Positions 39,689-53,328 of a DNA stretch of 64,000 bases are shown in pieces. A program made the position numbers and the translations under genes. The DNA is from Octopus vulgaris (Eukaryota). The notes under the pieces were generated by a model. The model did no database searches, was not told the DNA's origin, and saw nothing but the letters and a program-made list of their open reading frames with translations. Within the stretch, counting starts at the first letter, position 1; every line of letters begins with the position of its first letter. The stretch is from positions 59,458,001 through 59,522,000 of the forward strand of contig OX597831.1 in the NCBI GenBank assembly GCA_951406725.2, given 5' to 3'.

Positions 39689-40250
39689 GTGCTTAAAGTG
39701 ATTTATAAGACTTGGATGGAATACATATTTATATTAAAAATTCAAAATATAAAATATAATAAAATGTAATATAAAACTATGCAATAAAAATAATAAAGTA
39801 GAAATGAAGTAAGGTATAAAAACTTGAAAACCGTGTATGCGTGTGTAGATATAATGTATCCGAGGGAGAATAAATAGATTTCAGTAATGGGAGATATCAT
39901 GGAAGTAAAAGCCAGTTAAAATCAATGAAAATAAAAATCATTTGAAAACCTACCGCCGTTCCTACAGCACCTTACAAGTTTGTGAAACGGCCGTAGGTTT
40001 TTAACTGAATCTTACCTTTCAAGGTTTTTAACTTGATATTATTTATGATATCTCGCATTACTGAAATCTATTTATTCTCCCTCGAATACACCTATCTACA
40101 CACGCATATACGGTTTACAAGTTCTCTTATCTTACTTCACTTACACTTTATATCTTATTATTTTTATTATATTTTTGTATTATCTTTTATATTTTTAATT
40201 TTTGATATAAACATGTATGCCATCCAAGTCTTATAAAACACTGTAAGCAC
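39689..40250. repeat. Fold-back element with about 270-bp diverged arms centred on an HHR 3' half
   Basis: GAGGGAGAATAAATAGATTTCAGTAATG vs CATTACTGAAATCTATTTATTCTCCCTC; TTATAAGACTTGGATGG vs CCATCCAAGTCTTATAA; centre GAAACGGCCGTAGG. Confidence 0.9.
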
Positions 40251-41457
40251 GATTTCGTTTTCGGATGTAAGGTACTGACAACTGGAATTTTTATCTTCTA
40301 CAAATTTTTACATATATATATATATTTACAACGAGCATACATTTGTGAACATTTCAGGCAAAAATGTTTATAGTTGCTCTAAATTAATGCAGTGTAAGAC
40401 CTTTGAGAGCACAGTATTTTTTTTCATCTTTCCTGTTCTAATTTCGGCCCGTATATTACGTTTGCAATTTCAACAATTCGTTTGAGAATGGAGATTATTG
40501 AGATTATGATGCATCGATTTTAATAATCAGACATCAAGTATGCACTTCCACCTTTCTTAATTACAAAAGAAAAAATGAAAAAAACAGGCTAATTTAATCT
40601 CTATCGACACAAATACATAAAATAAACGTTTAACCAAAAATGCCTTAACCTGTGTAAAGTTCTTCTCTGTACAAAATCCAAAAGGCGGTCAATGAAGTAT
40701 ATTTATAAGACTATTTTCAATAATTTATTAACACTGAAATTTGTAGACAAATTTAATGTTTTCTAAGGTAGCGGTTTTTAAAAGGCTTCGTCTACCAGTA
40801 TATTTTCCCTCCTTCTTTTCTCATACATAAGTCTTTTTTATTAATGTCTAATCAATTTCCCAACATATATCTTTCAAAAAAAGAAAGTTTCTTTCACACA
40901 ATAAACTCATCTTCTCCTTGAACTTCTAAATTCAATTTGGTTTTCTTCTCCTTGTTACAATTTTCCCAAGAATACATAATACAGTTAGATATGTTTTAAT
41001 AGGTCTGTATCGCTGGTGAAAATAGTGAATCTATTCTAGTGCTTCTAAGATTATGTACTTCATAATCTTACATATAATTTTAAAATAAGATTGTATACAT
41101 ACATTTATACACACACACAAAGACACGCACACACATTTACGTATTTTTTGTATGTGTGTGTGTGTGATTTGTGTGTACGTATGTTTGAATGTGAGTACAA
41201 TGTATAATTTCAATCGATGCAATCTCATACAGAAGTTCACTTTCAGAAAAGCGTATATTAATTATTTAGAATTGAAATATTTTGAATGGCCAATCGAGGT
41301 TATTCTACCGTTTGTCTAGAAACTATGATTGAATAGATAAATATGTATTATTTTTTACTACTGTTTGAGGAAACCTTCTCATCTAATAAACGGCGTAATC
41401 AGTATATCATTGCAAAAATACAAATTGTAACCTTGTGCAAGTTGTACACAATCGACA

Positions 41458-41494
<37 letters not shown>

Positions 41495-41536
41495 GTAGAA
41501 AGTTAGATTGTTAGATAGGCAGAGATACATACACTC

Positions 41537-41723
<187 letters not shown>

Positions 41724-42285
41724 TGGTGGCTGCCCCCTCGTTATCGAGTATGGCCAATGCATGAAGCTTAATTAATGTTGTTATCATGCAATGCCTGTGC
41801 AAGAAGATTTTTTTTAAAGTGAGGAAAGGCTGTGCACTGAGTCAATCCCACTCACTAAGTAACAGCAGCCATAATCCGAAAAGAAGAATAAGTCAACATC
41901 ATTGGTAACCACTGAGCTGCAGGTTTTATGTCGGAGTTTATGTCGGAGTTATCCCAGTTACCTGAGTTACCTTTTAGAAGGATGCCCTAACACAGGCTAG
42001 GAGTCCTTCACTCCCAATGGTTTAACTGCGCGATCAGGTATTCAGTCCGATTATTTCTATGTCCCCGCGCATGATACAGCCTTAAGACATTTATTCGATG
42101 GCCGTTGACTCTCAAGAGTTCCTCCGCCCTTTGATAGGTTTTGTTTTTCATCCCGCAGTGTGTCCAATAAACATCCTCCTCACCAAGCAAGGTTGGTGGG
42201 GTTGCCAGTTTAGTCGCCGACAACCCGACCATGCAACAGGTTGTACTGGGTTACATGTTACCAGTAGCACGCAAAAGTGACCTGA
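41724..42285 (+). mobile_element. Possible RTE-related retroelement 5'-UTR-like fragment inside (GATA)n
   Basis: GC-richer block between two GATA tracts; start CCCCCTCGTTATCGAGTATGGCCAATG recalls RTE 5' ends; no protein motif seen. Confidence 0.4.
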
Positions 42286-42328
42286 CATAAACACATAGAT
42301 AGATAGATAAATATATAGATAAATAGAT

Positions 42329-42360
<32 letters not shown>

Positions 42361-42856
42361 CATACATACATACATACATAGACAGACTAACAAATAGATG
42401 GATAGATAGATAGATAGACTGTTCGCCGTGTATTTGAGGTCAATTAATTATCAATATATTATTGTCTTCATACTATTGATATGCTCTCTATTTATTTCAA
42501 ATTTCCATAGCAGGATTGTTCCCTGAAAATGGATTGTTTAAGGATGTTGAACGAACCACCCATGTTTCCAAAGGTGAATTATCCAAACCTCCAAGAATTA
42601 CTTTCAACACACGTCTATGAAGACCCCCACCCACTAGTTCTGCTCGTGGTCAGAGATGCACATATCATCAGCTACTAAGGGGCATGTTCAACTGGTTAAG
42701 GTCAAACAACTGACTAGCAAATCTGTGGTATTGAGCAGAATATTTGCTATAGCTCATCTTTTATACCAAGACAAAACAATGTACATGATAACACTTCCAA
42801 TCAGCTAAGATCAGAAGCCATGAGAGCCACTCTCTGGAACTATATCAATGCCTTTA

Positions 42857-42867
42857 TTCTTCTTCTT

Positions 42868-42944
<77 letters not shown>

Positions 42945-42953
42945 CATTATTAT
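42857..42953. repeat. (TTC)n(TTA)n
   Basis: Direct reading. Confidence 0.95.
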
Positions 42954-43030
42954 TCAGGTCACTACCTGGAATCGAACACGGAAGCTTGGGGCTAGTAGCC
43001 CGCGCTCCTACCGGTACACCATATGCGTGT
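42953..43030 (-). mobile_element. Short tRNA-like SINE with (AAT)n tail
   Basis: GCATATGGTGTACCGGTAGGAGCGCGGGCTACTAGCCCC..GTTCGATTCCAGG followed by AATAAT. Confidence 0.7.
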
Positions 43031-44054
43031 GAGCAATTATGATGCTATGAAGCTGGGTGTTAACTCCTGCATATATATATATATATGTGGGTGTGTGTGC
43101 GTGTGTGTGTATGTGTGTGTGTTTGTGTGTGTATGTGTGTGTGTGTATGTGTGTGTATGTGTGCGTGTGTGTGTGTGTGTGTTTGTGTGCGGTTTTATGT
43201 GTCAACATGCGCAACCATGTAAACATGATTTTATGTATTTCTATAAAAATCAGTCCTGTAAATTGTTTATTGGTGATATTTCGAAATTTCTCCTGTGCAG
43301 TGATACTTTGTAGACATCATTATTTCACTCTTTTGCTGTTTACACCTTTACAGATTTAAATTACATATGGTAATAGATCTCTATCTTATGCAATGGAGGC
43401 ATACTCTTTGTAGAAATTTACATATTTTATTGAAAATTTCATTGAAGATTAGATTAAATTCAATATTATATCCCATATTTACATGACTATTTTTTTGTTA
43501 TTTCAATCAAATATTTTCAAGTGATTAATCCTTGCATATTAATACCTCATTCACATTTTTAATCTAGATTTTATTATTTTAGTTCGATAATATTATGAAA
43601 ATCACCATATACTGCTCTTTAACTAATCTTACCTTTACTGTTGCTCGCAACTAATGAATACATAATTGTTTCTTTAGAAATTAAAACAAATGAGATAGAA
43701 AACTCGGAAATTTTAGCTTCTATACACATTACTATGTGACCAAATTAGAATTCTGTGCAGTTCAAGCAACGTAGCAAATGCAGTAATGTTGGTTCATTGA
43801 TCAGATATTTATTTTACTGCATATTTTATTTCACTGGGCTCCTGACAAGAGAACGTTTACTTTTGTAAAGTTTTACGTAAACTTTTATTTCGCATCTAAA
43901 TTTATCATTGGAATAAAAGCGCTCTACGTATGTACAATATTGTCCATTATCGGAGTTATTCTCATGATGACCACATATGCCATTTCTATGTTCTCGATTA
44001 TTTATTGAGTTTGTATAAGCTATATTTTTAATGCTTTAATATTTAAGTACGTTT

Positions 44055-44275
44055 AAGGCGGAGAGCTGGTAGAATCTATAGGACGCCGGGGGGAAAATAG
44101 AAAATAGCATTTTGTTTTCCTTAACTTTTTGATTTCAAATTCTACCGTTGTTCAATTTGCCTTTCCTTTATTTGGTGGCCGATAAAATAAGTACCAGTTA
44201 AGCACTGTGGTCGATGTAATCGCATTACCGCAGTCCCGAAATTAATTTGCTAGACATGTATCATAATTTGAAACA
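44055..44275 (+). mobile_element. Meta-type SINE, degenerate
   Basis: AAGGCGGAGAGCTGGTAGAATC head; CGATAAAATAAGTACCAGTT core. Confidence 0.8.
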
Positions 44276-45149
44276 GATATTTAAATATCTTCTCAATTTC
44301 ATTTACATTAACTATTATTTTAATAGTCTGTCATGATATAACTTGTTTTTTCAGGTACTTCTTTTCCTGATTAATCACGCAAAAATAATCGACTGAATAA
44401 TATTTTCTTCTGTTTATCGACTGGCTCATCTTAAAGTATGGTTGCTTAATTTTCTTCTTATGTTGTATTTGGTGTAAATTCTTAAAACCTTTTTCTTCTC
44501 TCGTGTCCAGTGTAAGTAAGCTCAAAAGCTCATTTGTAAGAAATCTCAAAATTGACATTCTTCTATTTGTGTTTTCTCGTGTCTATAATAGATTAACGAT
44601 TTGCAGTAAATTAAAATATTTATTATAATCTATTTTATTGCGAACTTTTTATTGTTCCCGATGGTTTGAAAATATAACTAAAATTCTATAGACATATTTT
44701 GGGGCCCTGCACTTTTCACCAATCATTGCGAAAGTTTTGATCTTTCATACCATGTACAATTTATTCAGTTATGTACCCCTTGAGAAAATTCCTTACAAAG
44801 AAATCATCAATGCATTCTTAAGCCAATTTGAAACTTAGATTCATATTTTTCACATTTTATGCTATACATTAATTTTGCTTCTTACCTCAGCTATTTAAAA
44901 ACTTTGTTGGCGTCTGATTTCGCCATCTGTGTTACTAAATTGTAAACTTTCTATTAGTATTCAAAATTCTTTTCTAATCCTAAACAGAAAATTTAATTAC
45001 GAATTTCTTGTAGCATAATCCCTTTCTACTTTTCTGTAATATGTTGTACTCAAAAGAGGAAAGTTGAATTTATTTAAATAAACACATATATAGAAATTCA
45101 TAAAGAAAATGGCAGCCTTTTAATATTTTGATGTTGCTATATATATTAA

Positions 45150-45358
45150 CGATGCGAGCTCGCAGAAACGTTAACACACCGGGCAAAATGCTTACTGGTA
45201 TTTCGCATGTTTTTACGTTCTGAGTTCAAACTTCGCCAAGGTCGACTTTGCTTTCATCCTTTTGCGGTCGATGAATTAAATACCATCTGCGCAGTGGGGT
45301 CGATCTAATCGACTGGACCCTCACCCCAAAATTTCTTGTGCCTAGAGTAGAAAAGAAT
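45150..45358 (+). mobile_element. Meta-type SINE
   Basis: GAGTTCAAAC..GGTCGACTTTGCTTTCATCC..GTGCCTAGAGTAGAAAAGAAT. Confidence 0.85.
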
Positions 45359-45678
45359 ATTGCTATATTTATAAGTACCCATTTTATATATTTTTAGTCT
45401 TGTTTAATATAGACATTACCCCAACAACAAACAAAAACATTGCAACATGATTACTAACAGAGAATCTATATACTCTCTCCGCCACTTTCAGTTTTTATCC
45501 AAACCATCGACGAGTACACTTTGACCACTCCGATTTTCTATAATGAATATATCTGTCCTGTACGAAACAAATTGTATAGCAACATGAGTAATAAAAGGCA
45601 TAATCCATTTTAACATCTAATCTCCATTTACATAAAAATGAATTAATTTGTTGTACTGTGTTTAATAAGTTAAATCAT

Positions 45679-45712
<34 letters not shown>

Positions 45713-45719
45713 GTATATA

Positions 45720-45753
<34 letters not shown>

Positions 45754-47059
45754 CACCCATATACACACATACACGCGTATGATCTTTTGAATGTATATAA
45801 ACATGTATGTTTTTCTGGTAAGCTTTCTTACAAATATTCCCATTCTTTGACTTGCTATCATTCTGATATATTAAGATTTAACAACTCGTGAAGGGTACTG
45901 TTATGACTTAACGGAGTCAATACATACATAATACGTGCATATATGCAAATGTGTTTGCAGCGCCAGTACTCAAACCAACATTTAGGCTATTTGATTGGAC
46001 GCTTGTTGGGATTCGAGACATTGATGTCAAAATCCAGAAGGTACTAACCAGTACATATCATTTCCATATCAAGAATGAAGCATCTCGGCAATATATATAA
46101 CGAAAACAAGGCGATTCACAATGTGTGTGTGGGTGGGTGGGTGTGCGTGCGTGTGTGTGTGTGTGAGAGTGTGTATGTGTGTCTGTGTGTCTGTGTGTCT
46201 GTGTGTATATAGAATGTTTGAAGTGGTGCACCCATATAGTATATTGAGAAAAAAATAGCCATTCAGAATTTTGGATGATCATTTATTAGCGCTTTCGTTC
46301 GTTTATTTTAGAACAAATGAGAAAGAGAGAAAGCAAAGCAAAGAGTGGGGAGAAATAGATAGAGAGAGAGAAAGGTTTTAGAAAGAGCAAAAATAGTAAA
46401 ATATTGGGAAAGGATAGATAGATAGATAGACGATAGATAGGTAAATAGACAGATAGATAGTGAGCTAGACAGGTAGCGAGAGAGAGAGGGGCCTATTTTT
46501 AAGTTAATGAAGTCAGCCCATTCAAATTTCATTATGAACGATTTCTGTTTTTTTCTTCTCTTTCTTTCGCTTTTTTTATTTCTCTCGTTTTACATTATAT
46601 ACCCATAGAAATATATGTAAATAAACAGGATTGGAAATATAAGAAATGAGGAGAGTGTGCGGTCATCACTGGAGAGTGAAATAATTTCAAATTTCAAAGT
46701 CCTATGAAAATGTATATTCGTTTACACTTGTATAGTCAATTCCCACATCCTGTGTAATTCTATGTTTTGCACGAACATACATTAAATATTAGCACAACAT
46801 TCATAAATTAGGAAAATAATGACAGAAAATAATTTTAAAATACTTTGAGATCGGTATTGTTTATAATTCAATCTATTCTCTATATACATTTGATCAAACA
46901 TCATGAATTCGTTTGTAATAACATGTATATTGTATATTTAGCTGGAAGTCACTCTGTAGGATATAAATTATATAAGAACGTATGCTCTTAAATATATATC
47001 TGAGTATTTTACATCCTTTTGTAGGATTTATTCTTCTTTTTCTTGCTTGCTTGCATAAA

Positions 47060-48990
47060 GTAATTCAAAGGAGATCTTTCTCACGAATTACCTTCCAAGC
47101 GGCTTCATCGCATACCTTTTCTAACCAGCAGTAAAATAGTTCTAGTATCCTTTCTCTGATATTTGCAAATCCCTTAAGAATAACAGTTCTCAAAACCCCA
47201 ATGTTTTTTTTTTTATATTGATCATTTATAAGGATGAGAATTACGTTAATACCATTGGAGCCACATTCAGAACCAACTGTAACAGAGTAATATAAATGTT
47301 TTCTCTTCATCCATCATCATTACTATTAAAAATTTGTAATAAAATGGTAAAATGATCATGAAGAAGCTTTCTTGACAGTCTGTAACAGCATCTAGCATAC
47401 ATTGATGTCACCTTACATATGTGGATATTGTTGGGAGAAATATAGCGTTCGTTCGAAAATTCATTTGCATTACAACTCCCTAGTCCTATTAGCTGGGCAC
47501 GACGTTTGTGTGAGCTAACCATGTAATATTCATATTTAGTTTCATTTGGAGGGTTTTTCATGCATATTGTCTCTGTTTTTCTTTCCAGTCTTTTTGACAA
47601 AATGTAGTTCCTCTGGTTCACTTTCAAACATTTGGCGAGGATATTTTGATGAAGTGTAGCTCCATTGCTTTTTGGAAATTTAGGCCATCTCTTGAGCGTT
47701 TGTAAAAATGAAAGGTTTTGAACTTACCTTCACCGAATATTTCTAGCTGTTTGGCCGGTGGAATCTTGCGCAATCCCTCTTGTTGGATGTGCTGTCTGCG
47801 GATTCTTGTACGCTGGCAGAGAGAATTGTTTGTTTCGCCAATGTAATTCTCCTTGCACTTGGAGCAAGTAATGCAGTACATGTGAATCTACATCTTGCAG
47901 TTATATCTGCATTTAATTCCAACGAGAATACGCTCCTGAATTTTAGGCGGGAACCACTTTCGAGATATTTGATGTTGTTGTTGCATGTTCTATAAATGCT
48001 ATCTCCACATTTTTTACGGAAAGTTCTGATTCATTATCTGAAATGAATTTTTCTACTGTGGAGTCTATTTTTCAGATTTTATGTTGGCGTCAACAGTTTC
48101 ATAAGGAGTTTTTATCAATCATATTTTTTACTCTGGGGTTTTGTAGAAGTATAGGTAGGTTTGATTTTATAGTGTGAAAGATGTTTGGCTATTCCAGAGT
48201 TAAGCGTATTGATTTTTGGAACCATATGTTCATTAATTTAATCATTGGTGTCCCTCACTGTGTGATGTACAGCATCATCGCCTTTTTTATCCCATCGTCT
48301 ATTAATTCTAAGGGGTATATCTGTTTTGTTAGGAAGCCTCGTTGAGTCGTGTTTGACGTATTTTGGGGTCAATCACTATAGTACAGACACGTCTCTCCAT
48401 GCTCTATGGAATGTTCCTTTTGATGGGTGAGGGATACACAGATTTGAAATTCAAATACTGATGCGTGTCCGTTTTTTGTGTAAAACATGTGTTGTGACTG
48501 TGGAGTTGTGTATTTTTTGTGAATATCCAATAATGGTAATTTATTGCAACGGGTTTCTGTCGTGAATTTGATGGGTAGGTGAAGCGTGTTGATTATATTA
48601 TTAAATATATGATGTGTTCCAAAAGATAACGCAATCATCGAAAAAGCGTTTCCACTTTTTAATGACGTATATCTTGCAATCATGATTAAATGCTCTCTCT
48701 ACCTCCTCATAAAGCTTTTCTTCCAAGTATCCCACGACTAGGTGAGAATATGACGGTGCAAACTGCGTACTCATATCCGTGCCCTTTACTGTGGATATGA
48801 GTTATTATCACACCTAAAGTTTTCTTCTAGCACCAGGCGTGTGGTCTTGGTGATAACGTCAATTTCTAAGCGTTCATTTATCCGTACTCTATGTTTCTCT
48901 ACACAGTGTTGACTGCTTCTAGGCCCAAAGTTTGAGGTATATGGTATAAAGTTTGGTGACGTCAAAGCTTGTAAATGTAGTACCCTCTGG
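47060..48990 (-). mobile_element. Old Penelope-like retroelement, heavily decayed
   Basis: MYCITCSKCKENYIGETNNSLCQR (GIY-YIG); INTLHLPIKFTTE..KLPLLDI; TDMSTQFAPSYSHLVVGYLE; HHR relic near 47067. Confidence 0.85.
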
Positions 48991-49857
48991 GACAGTCGGT
49001 GGAATGAAGGTACTGGAGGAAATATATGCCGTACCGTAAATGGTAAATCTTTAAAAAATAACATGTGAAAGGACATTTTGTGTTTACAGATTCCAAACGT
49101 AACTTTCACAAAAGTATACACTCACAGAACATATCAACAAACCAGTACTTTATCTGGCTTGGGATTTTATCTAAGCAGTGTCATAAAAAATATTGAAAAA
49201 TCCTGTATAAGCAAATCAAATTCTTTCATTGTTAGTTGATATACAAGACGTCCACGAAACATACTCATAAATGCCTCCTAAATGGTAAAATCGAAAATAT
49301 TAGCAATGGACCCATACCACATTAATTTCTGGCAATTTATGGACTAACGCAAAACATTATCTGACCGGTTGGGTGGACCTTTACAAGAATATATTATTCG
49401 CTAAGGAGCAAAAATTGAAGCTAATTCTACAGATTCCGTCACAACTGAGAACTAGAGTATCAAAGCAAGAAAAATAATTTTAAATTACGTATATTAGAAA
49501 TTAAATTGCGTACATTAGAAAACAGTATTGCTTTTTGCCTATTGATCAATAGTTGTTTCCCATATGTACGAATTAGGTGTTATATGTCTATGTGTGTGTG
49601 TTTGTATGTGTGAGTGTGTGTGTTTGTAAAAAAGTAAATGACACAACCAGTTAGAAACGAATGACAAAACAATACGCACAGTAAATATGTCTCTGAGGGA
49701 AACACATGGACGATAATTGGATCGAAGTCAAAAAGAAAGAATTCGGAGAGAGCTAAATTGCAATAAGTGCAGGAGGATATTGAAAGGGGAATTCATGTAA
49801 AGAAGGGGATTGTAAAGCAGCAACTTGTTCAATTAAGCATACAAAAAAGTACACATG

Positions 49858-49896
<39 letters not shown>

Positions 49897-49900
<4 letters not shown>

Positions 49901-50129
49901 CTTTATATAATAAGGGTTCAGCAAAAAAATTTACTTTACCACAGACCGAACTTTTAGAAATAGCAGCCAAAGAATTTAGCAATTTCGACTACTATAAGAA
50001 GAATCTATATATTGTCTGGGAGACTCTTCTCATAGTAGGGGAAATAGCTAAATTCTTTGGCTGCCATTTCTAAAAGTTCGGCGTGTGGTAAAGTAAATTT
50101 TTTGCAGAACCCTTATTATATAACGTAAT
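49897..50129. repeat. Fold-back with about 110-bp arms, 14-bp spacer, between two (TA)n tracts
   Basis: Arms 49897-50006 and 50021-50129, e.g. CCGAACTTTTAGAAATAGCAGCCAAAGAATTTAGC vs GCTAAATTCTTTGGCTGCCATTTCTAAAAGTTCGG. Confidence 0.93.
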
Positions 50130-51424
50130 GTTTAAATTTACCATAAATTGTCCTTTTACACACTGAACACTGCTTGGTAAAATTATTAATTACTAATTAA
50201 TTAATTTTAACCTTATTATTATTGACTATATATATATATATATATATATACGCACAGACGCGCTCTCACGTATGTGTATCTTGGCAGGTTCATTAACTAT
50301 TAGTGTTCCTACTGACATAATGCAGCGTAATTGCTCTTCGCGTTTCGATGTGTAATTGAACTTGCAATGCTCAGTTGAAAATATAATGAGAAAACATCGA
50401 ATTGCCAGTATTCCATTTGAATACATGTCATTTGCAGGGAACTTTACTATTGAAAATGTTTATTTGGTAAGGCTTTTTGAAGATATTTAACGCTATCCTT
50501 CATTTTATCTAAACATTTAGAGCCATTGACATTCTATTTAATTAAAATGAAAATGAATATTCCGTTCGAAGACAGGATTGTCGGAAAGGTTTTCAACGTT
50601 GAATACGTGTCACAAAAATTTAACTCTTTTATTTAATTACATATTTTTAAAAAATTGATTTCTTAAACAACGATAAAATGTGTTAAAAAACGCCAATTTT
50701 GAAACATGCCACACTAATGATTATCTATACATTACTTAAGTTACTCTATAATTATAGCTGTACCAATGATACATCTTATGAATGCTGACGTGAGAATTAT
50801 ACTTTTCCGTGTAGAATTAAATTGTCAGCTGAGTTCCGACACCTTAACAATGTCATTGATAGCACCTACCTCACCGCCATACTCAGGTACAAAACAAAGA
50901 TGCCACGTAATGATAGATCTGCGTTGAGAAACTACTTCGATACTCGATAGGTATTTTACTGGAACGGTCCCTGATAGCTGTTACATGACAATTAAGTAGC
51001 GTTGTTAGTAAAAACCCATCTGGTATTAGTTCTTTTATCGTGTATCGTTTATTTGTCGATATTAGAGACATCTATGTTTATCAGGAATGACACCTCTATA
51101 GTAGGCAAATTAAATTTCACAAAACAACGTATTTTATGAAACTCATTATGGCTTTCTGTATTAAAAATATATAAGAGAAAGCAGCATTTGTATAAGTAGC
51201 TATACAGTCAACAATCTATGATTTGGATTCAGGTGTTTACAAATCGGTAATTATAACTGGGGTACGAAAAATACATTAATCCATACATATAGCAATTTTA
51301 TTTTATAAAAAAATAAATGTGGCGTGGTAGAGCAAGAACAAGAGAATTTACAACTTGGGAATAACATCGGAGTTGTATAGGAAAATGTTTTCCTAACACT
51401 AATTTTTTGTGTTTTAATAATATC

Positions 51425-51721
51425 CACCGTGATCAACGTGACTGACCAGGCTATCAAATGTTGTTACACATCGCTGGTCACAATGCGCTCCACATTGTTT
51501 TAGCCTTCAAATGACGCCACCCCGCTGGCTAAGCGAGCAGGCCAGCAGAAGAAAGAGTGAGAGAAAGTTGTGGCGAAATAGTACAGCAGGGATCGCCATC
51601 AACCCCCTGCCGGAGGCTCGTGGATCTTCAGGTGTTTTCGCTCAATAAACACTCACAACGCCCGGTCTGAGAATTGAAACCGCGTGTCCGCTGCCCTAAC
51701 CACTAGGCCATTGCGCCTCCA
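51425..51721 (-). mobile_element. tRNA-derived SINE (third family)
   Basis: GGAGGCGCAATGGCCTAGTGGTTAGGGCAGCGGAC (A box), GGTTTCAATTCTC (B box). Confidence 0.88.
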
Positions 51722-52839
51722 CCTTTTAATAATATACTACTATATATTTCAGTACACCATAGTGGTATTAAGTAACCATGAGGAAATAACGAATAGTGTT
51801 TTACATATCATCGAAAAATATCATTTGGCAAGAAGTGTAATTGATCGACGTAATTATTTTATTAGAATTATTTATATGAAATTATTACATGGGTAACGTA
51901 GAAAATTGTGTTTCCGTAAGATATCGACACTACTCTCAGCTAAGTAATGTTACAGTAAATAAAAAACTTAATCATTCAAATGCAATTTTATATTTTAGCG
52001 TGTTTAATTTTTTTTTCACGTGATATAGTATTGTGAAAAATGGCATTAAGATTTTCTTTCAAAATTCAATCAGTTTTAACGATCATAAAAGCATTCCACT
52101 TGAGAATATGTTTCAGTGTAATAATTAGTGTATCATTAACATGTCCTATATAAGGGAAGTGTAGGATTGTATGCTACTCATAAATAGTTCCTTTAAATTT
52201 TACTGAATGCAAAATGATGACAATTACATTTTCAAGATGCTTGAAAAATGTATTCTTTCAGACGCTCAGACACCATTCAGAGCTTAGCTTTTGTCATTCG
52301 CATTCTCATTGTCGTTGAATAGATATTCTGTAATATATAATTAAATTTATTTGCTGCTTTTCTTTATTTCCATATCTTTTGTTTTCTCTTTTTTTTTGTG
52401 TGTATATCCAGCTATATGATTATTAATTCTCAGAAGAGACAAGCTGTCTGTTTAGAGATTCCCGAAATGAATTGAAATATATCTTGGAAAATGATATGAT
52501 TTCTTCGTGTGTGTGTCTTCTAGAAAGCAAAACTCAACACACGCGGTGTCTATGATTGATGATATTTTTCTGTTGCAAAATTGTATATGCAAATACATTT
52601 CGTTCAACTGTGAGGTACTTTATAATTCGTTACTTCGTATTGTCATTTAGTTATAATGTTTAATTTGATATTGCTCATCTTTTTCAATTAATTTGATTGG
52701 TTTCGATATGTTTATAAATGTGAAATGTGAACATCAGTTTGGAGGAATATTACAATTAAAAGAGTCTACGAATATAAAGACATCACGAGTCTTAATGATA
52801 AACTAGGTGCATGTAACATTTGAGGTTTGTTCTACAAGA

Positions 52840-53040
52840 TCTATTCTTGTGTTGATTCGTTCTCACTGAATATCATGCACCTAGACTTCTTTGCATGGAA
52901 ACCAAAGCAGTTTGCAGGATGCCTTAATGGATATTAACGATTTGCGCTGCAGTGAGCTGTAAGTGTTAGATCATCAGCAAAATGAGAGGGAGAGGCCCCG
53001 AGACTCTGTCCAGTATTCAATAAGATTCCTTGCTTGAGTG
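52840..53040 (-). mobile_element. Ancient LINE RT relic
   Basis: Minus strand HFADDLTL followed by ..KKSRCMIFS; short and broken. Confidence 0.4.
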
Positions 53041-53208
53041 TGAAAAAATATCTTGAATTGTTTTTGCTGACTATAATTGTCACATAGCGTATTCTATATT
53101 TCATGAAGCTCAATAATTTGATATAGTTATAATAAATATAATATAAATTACCGTAATCCTGAGTATCATTTTCCTGAAATACTGTGTAAGAGATTACTGC
53201 AATTCTGT

Positions 53209-53209
53209 T

Positions 53210-53297
<88 letters not shown>

Positions 53298-53328
53298 CCT
53301 ATCTATCTACCTATATATATATATATCT
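53209..53328. repeat. (TATC)n
   Basis: Direct reading. Confidence 0.95.

Noticed and set aside
42540-42845. Probable interspersed repeat
   Set aside because: Single copy in the window, with no termini or motif to classify it.
42953-43030. Functional tRNA gene
   Set aside because: Acceptor stem does not pair and it carries an (AAT)n tail; treated as a SINE.
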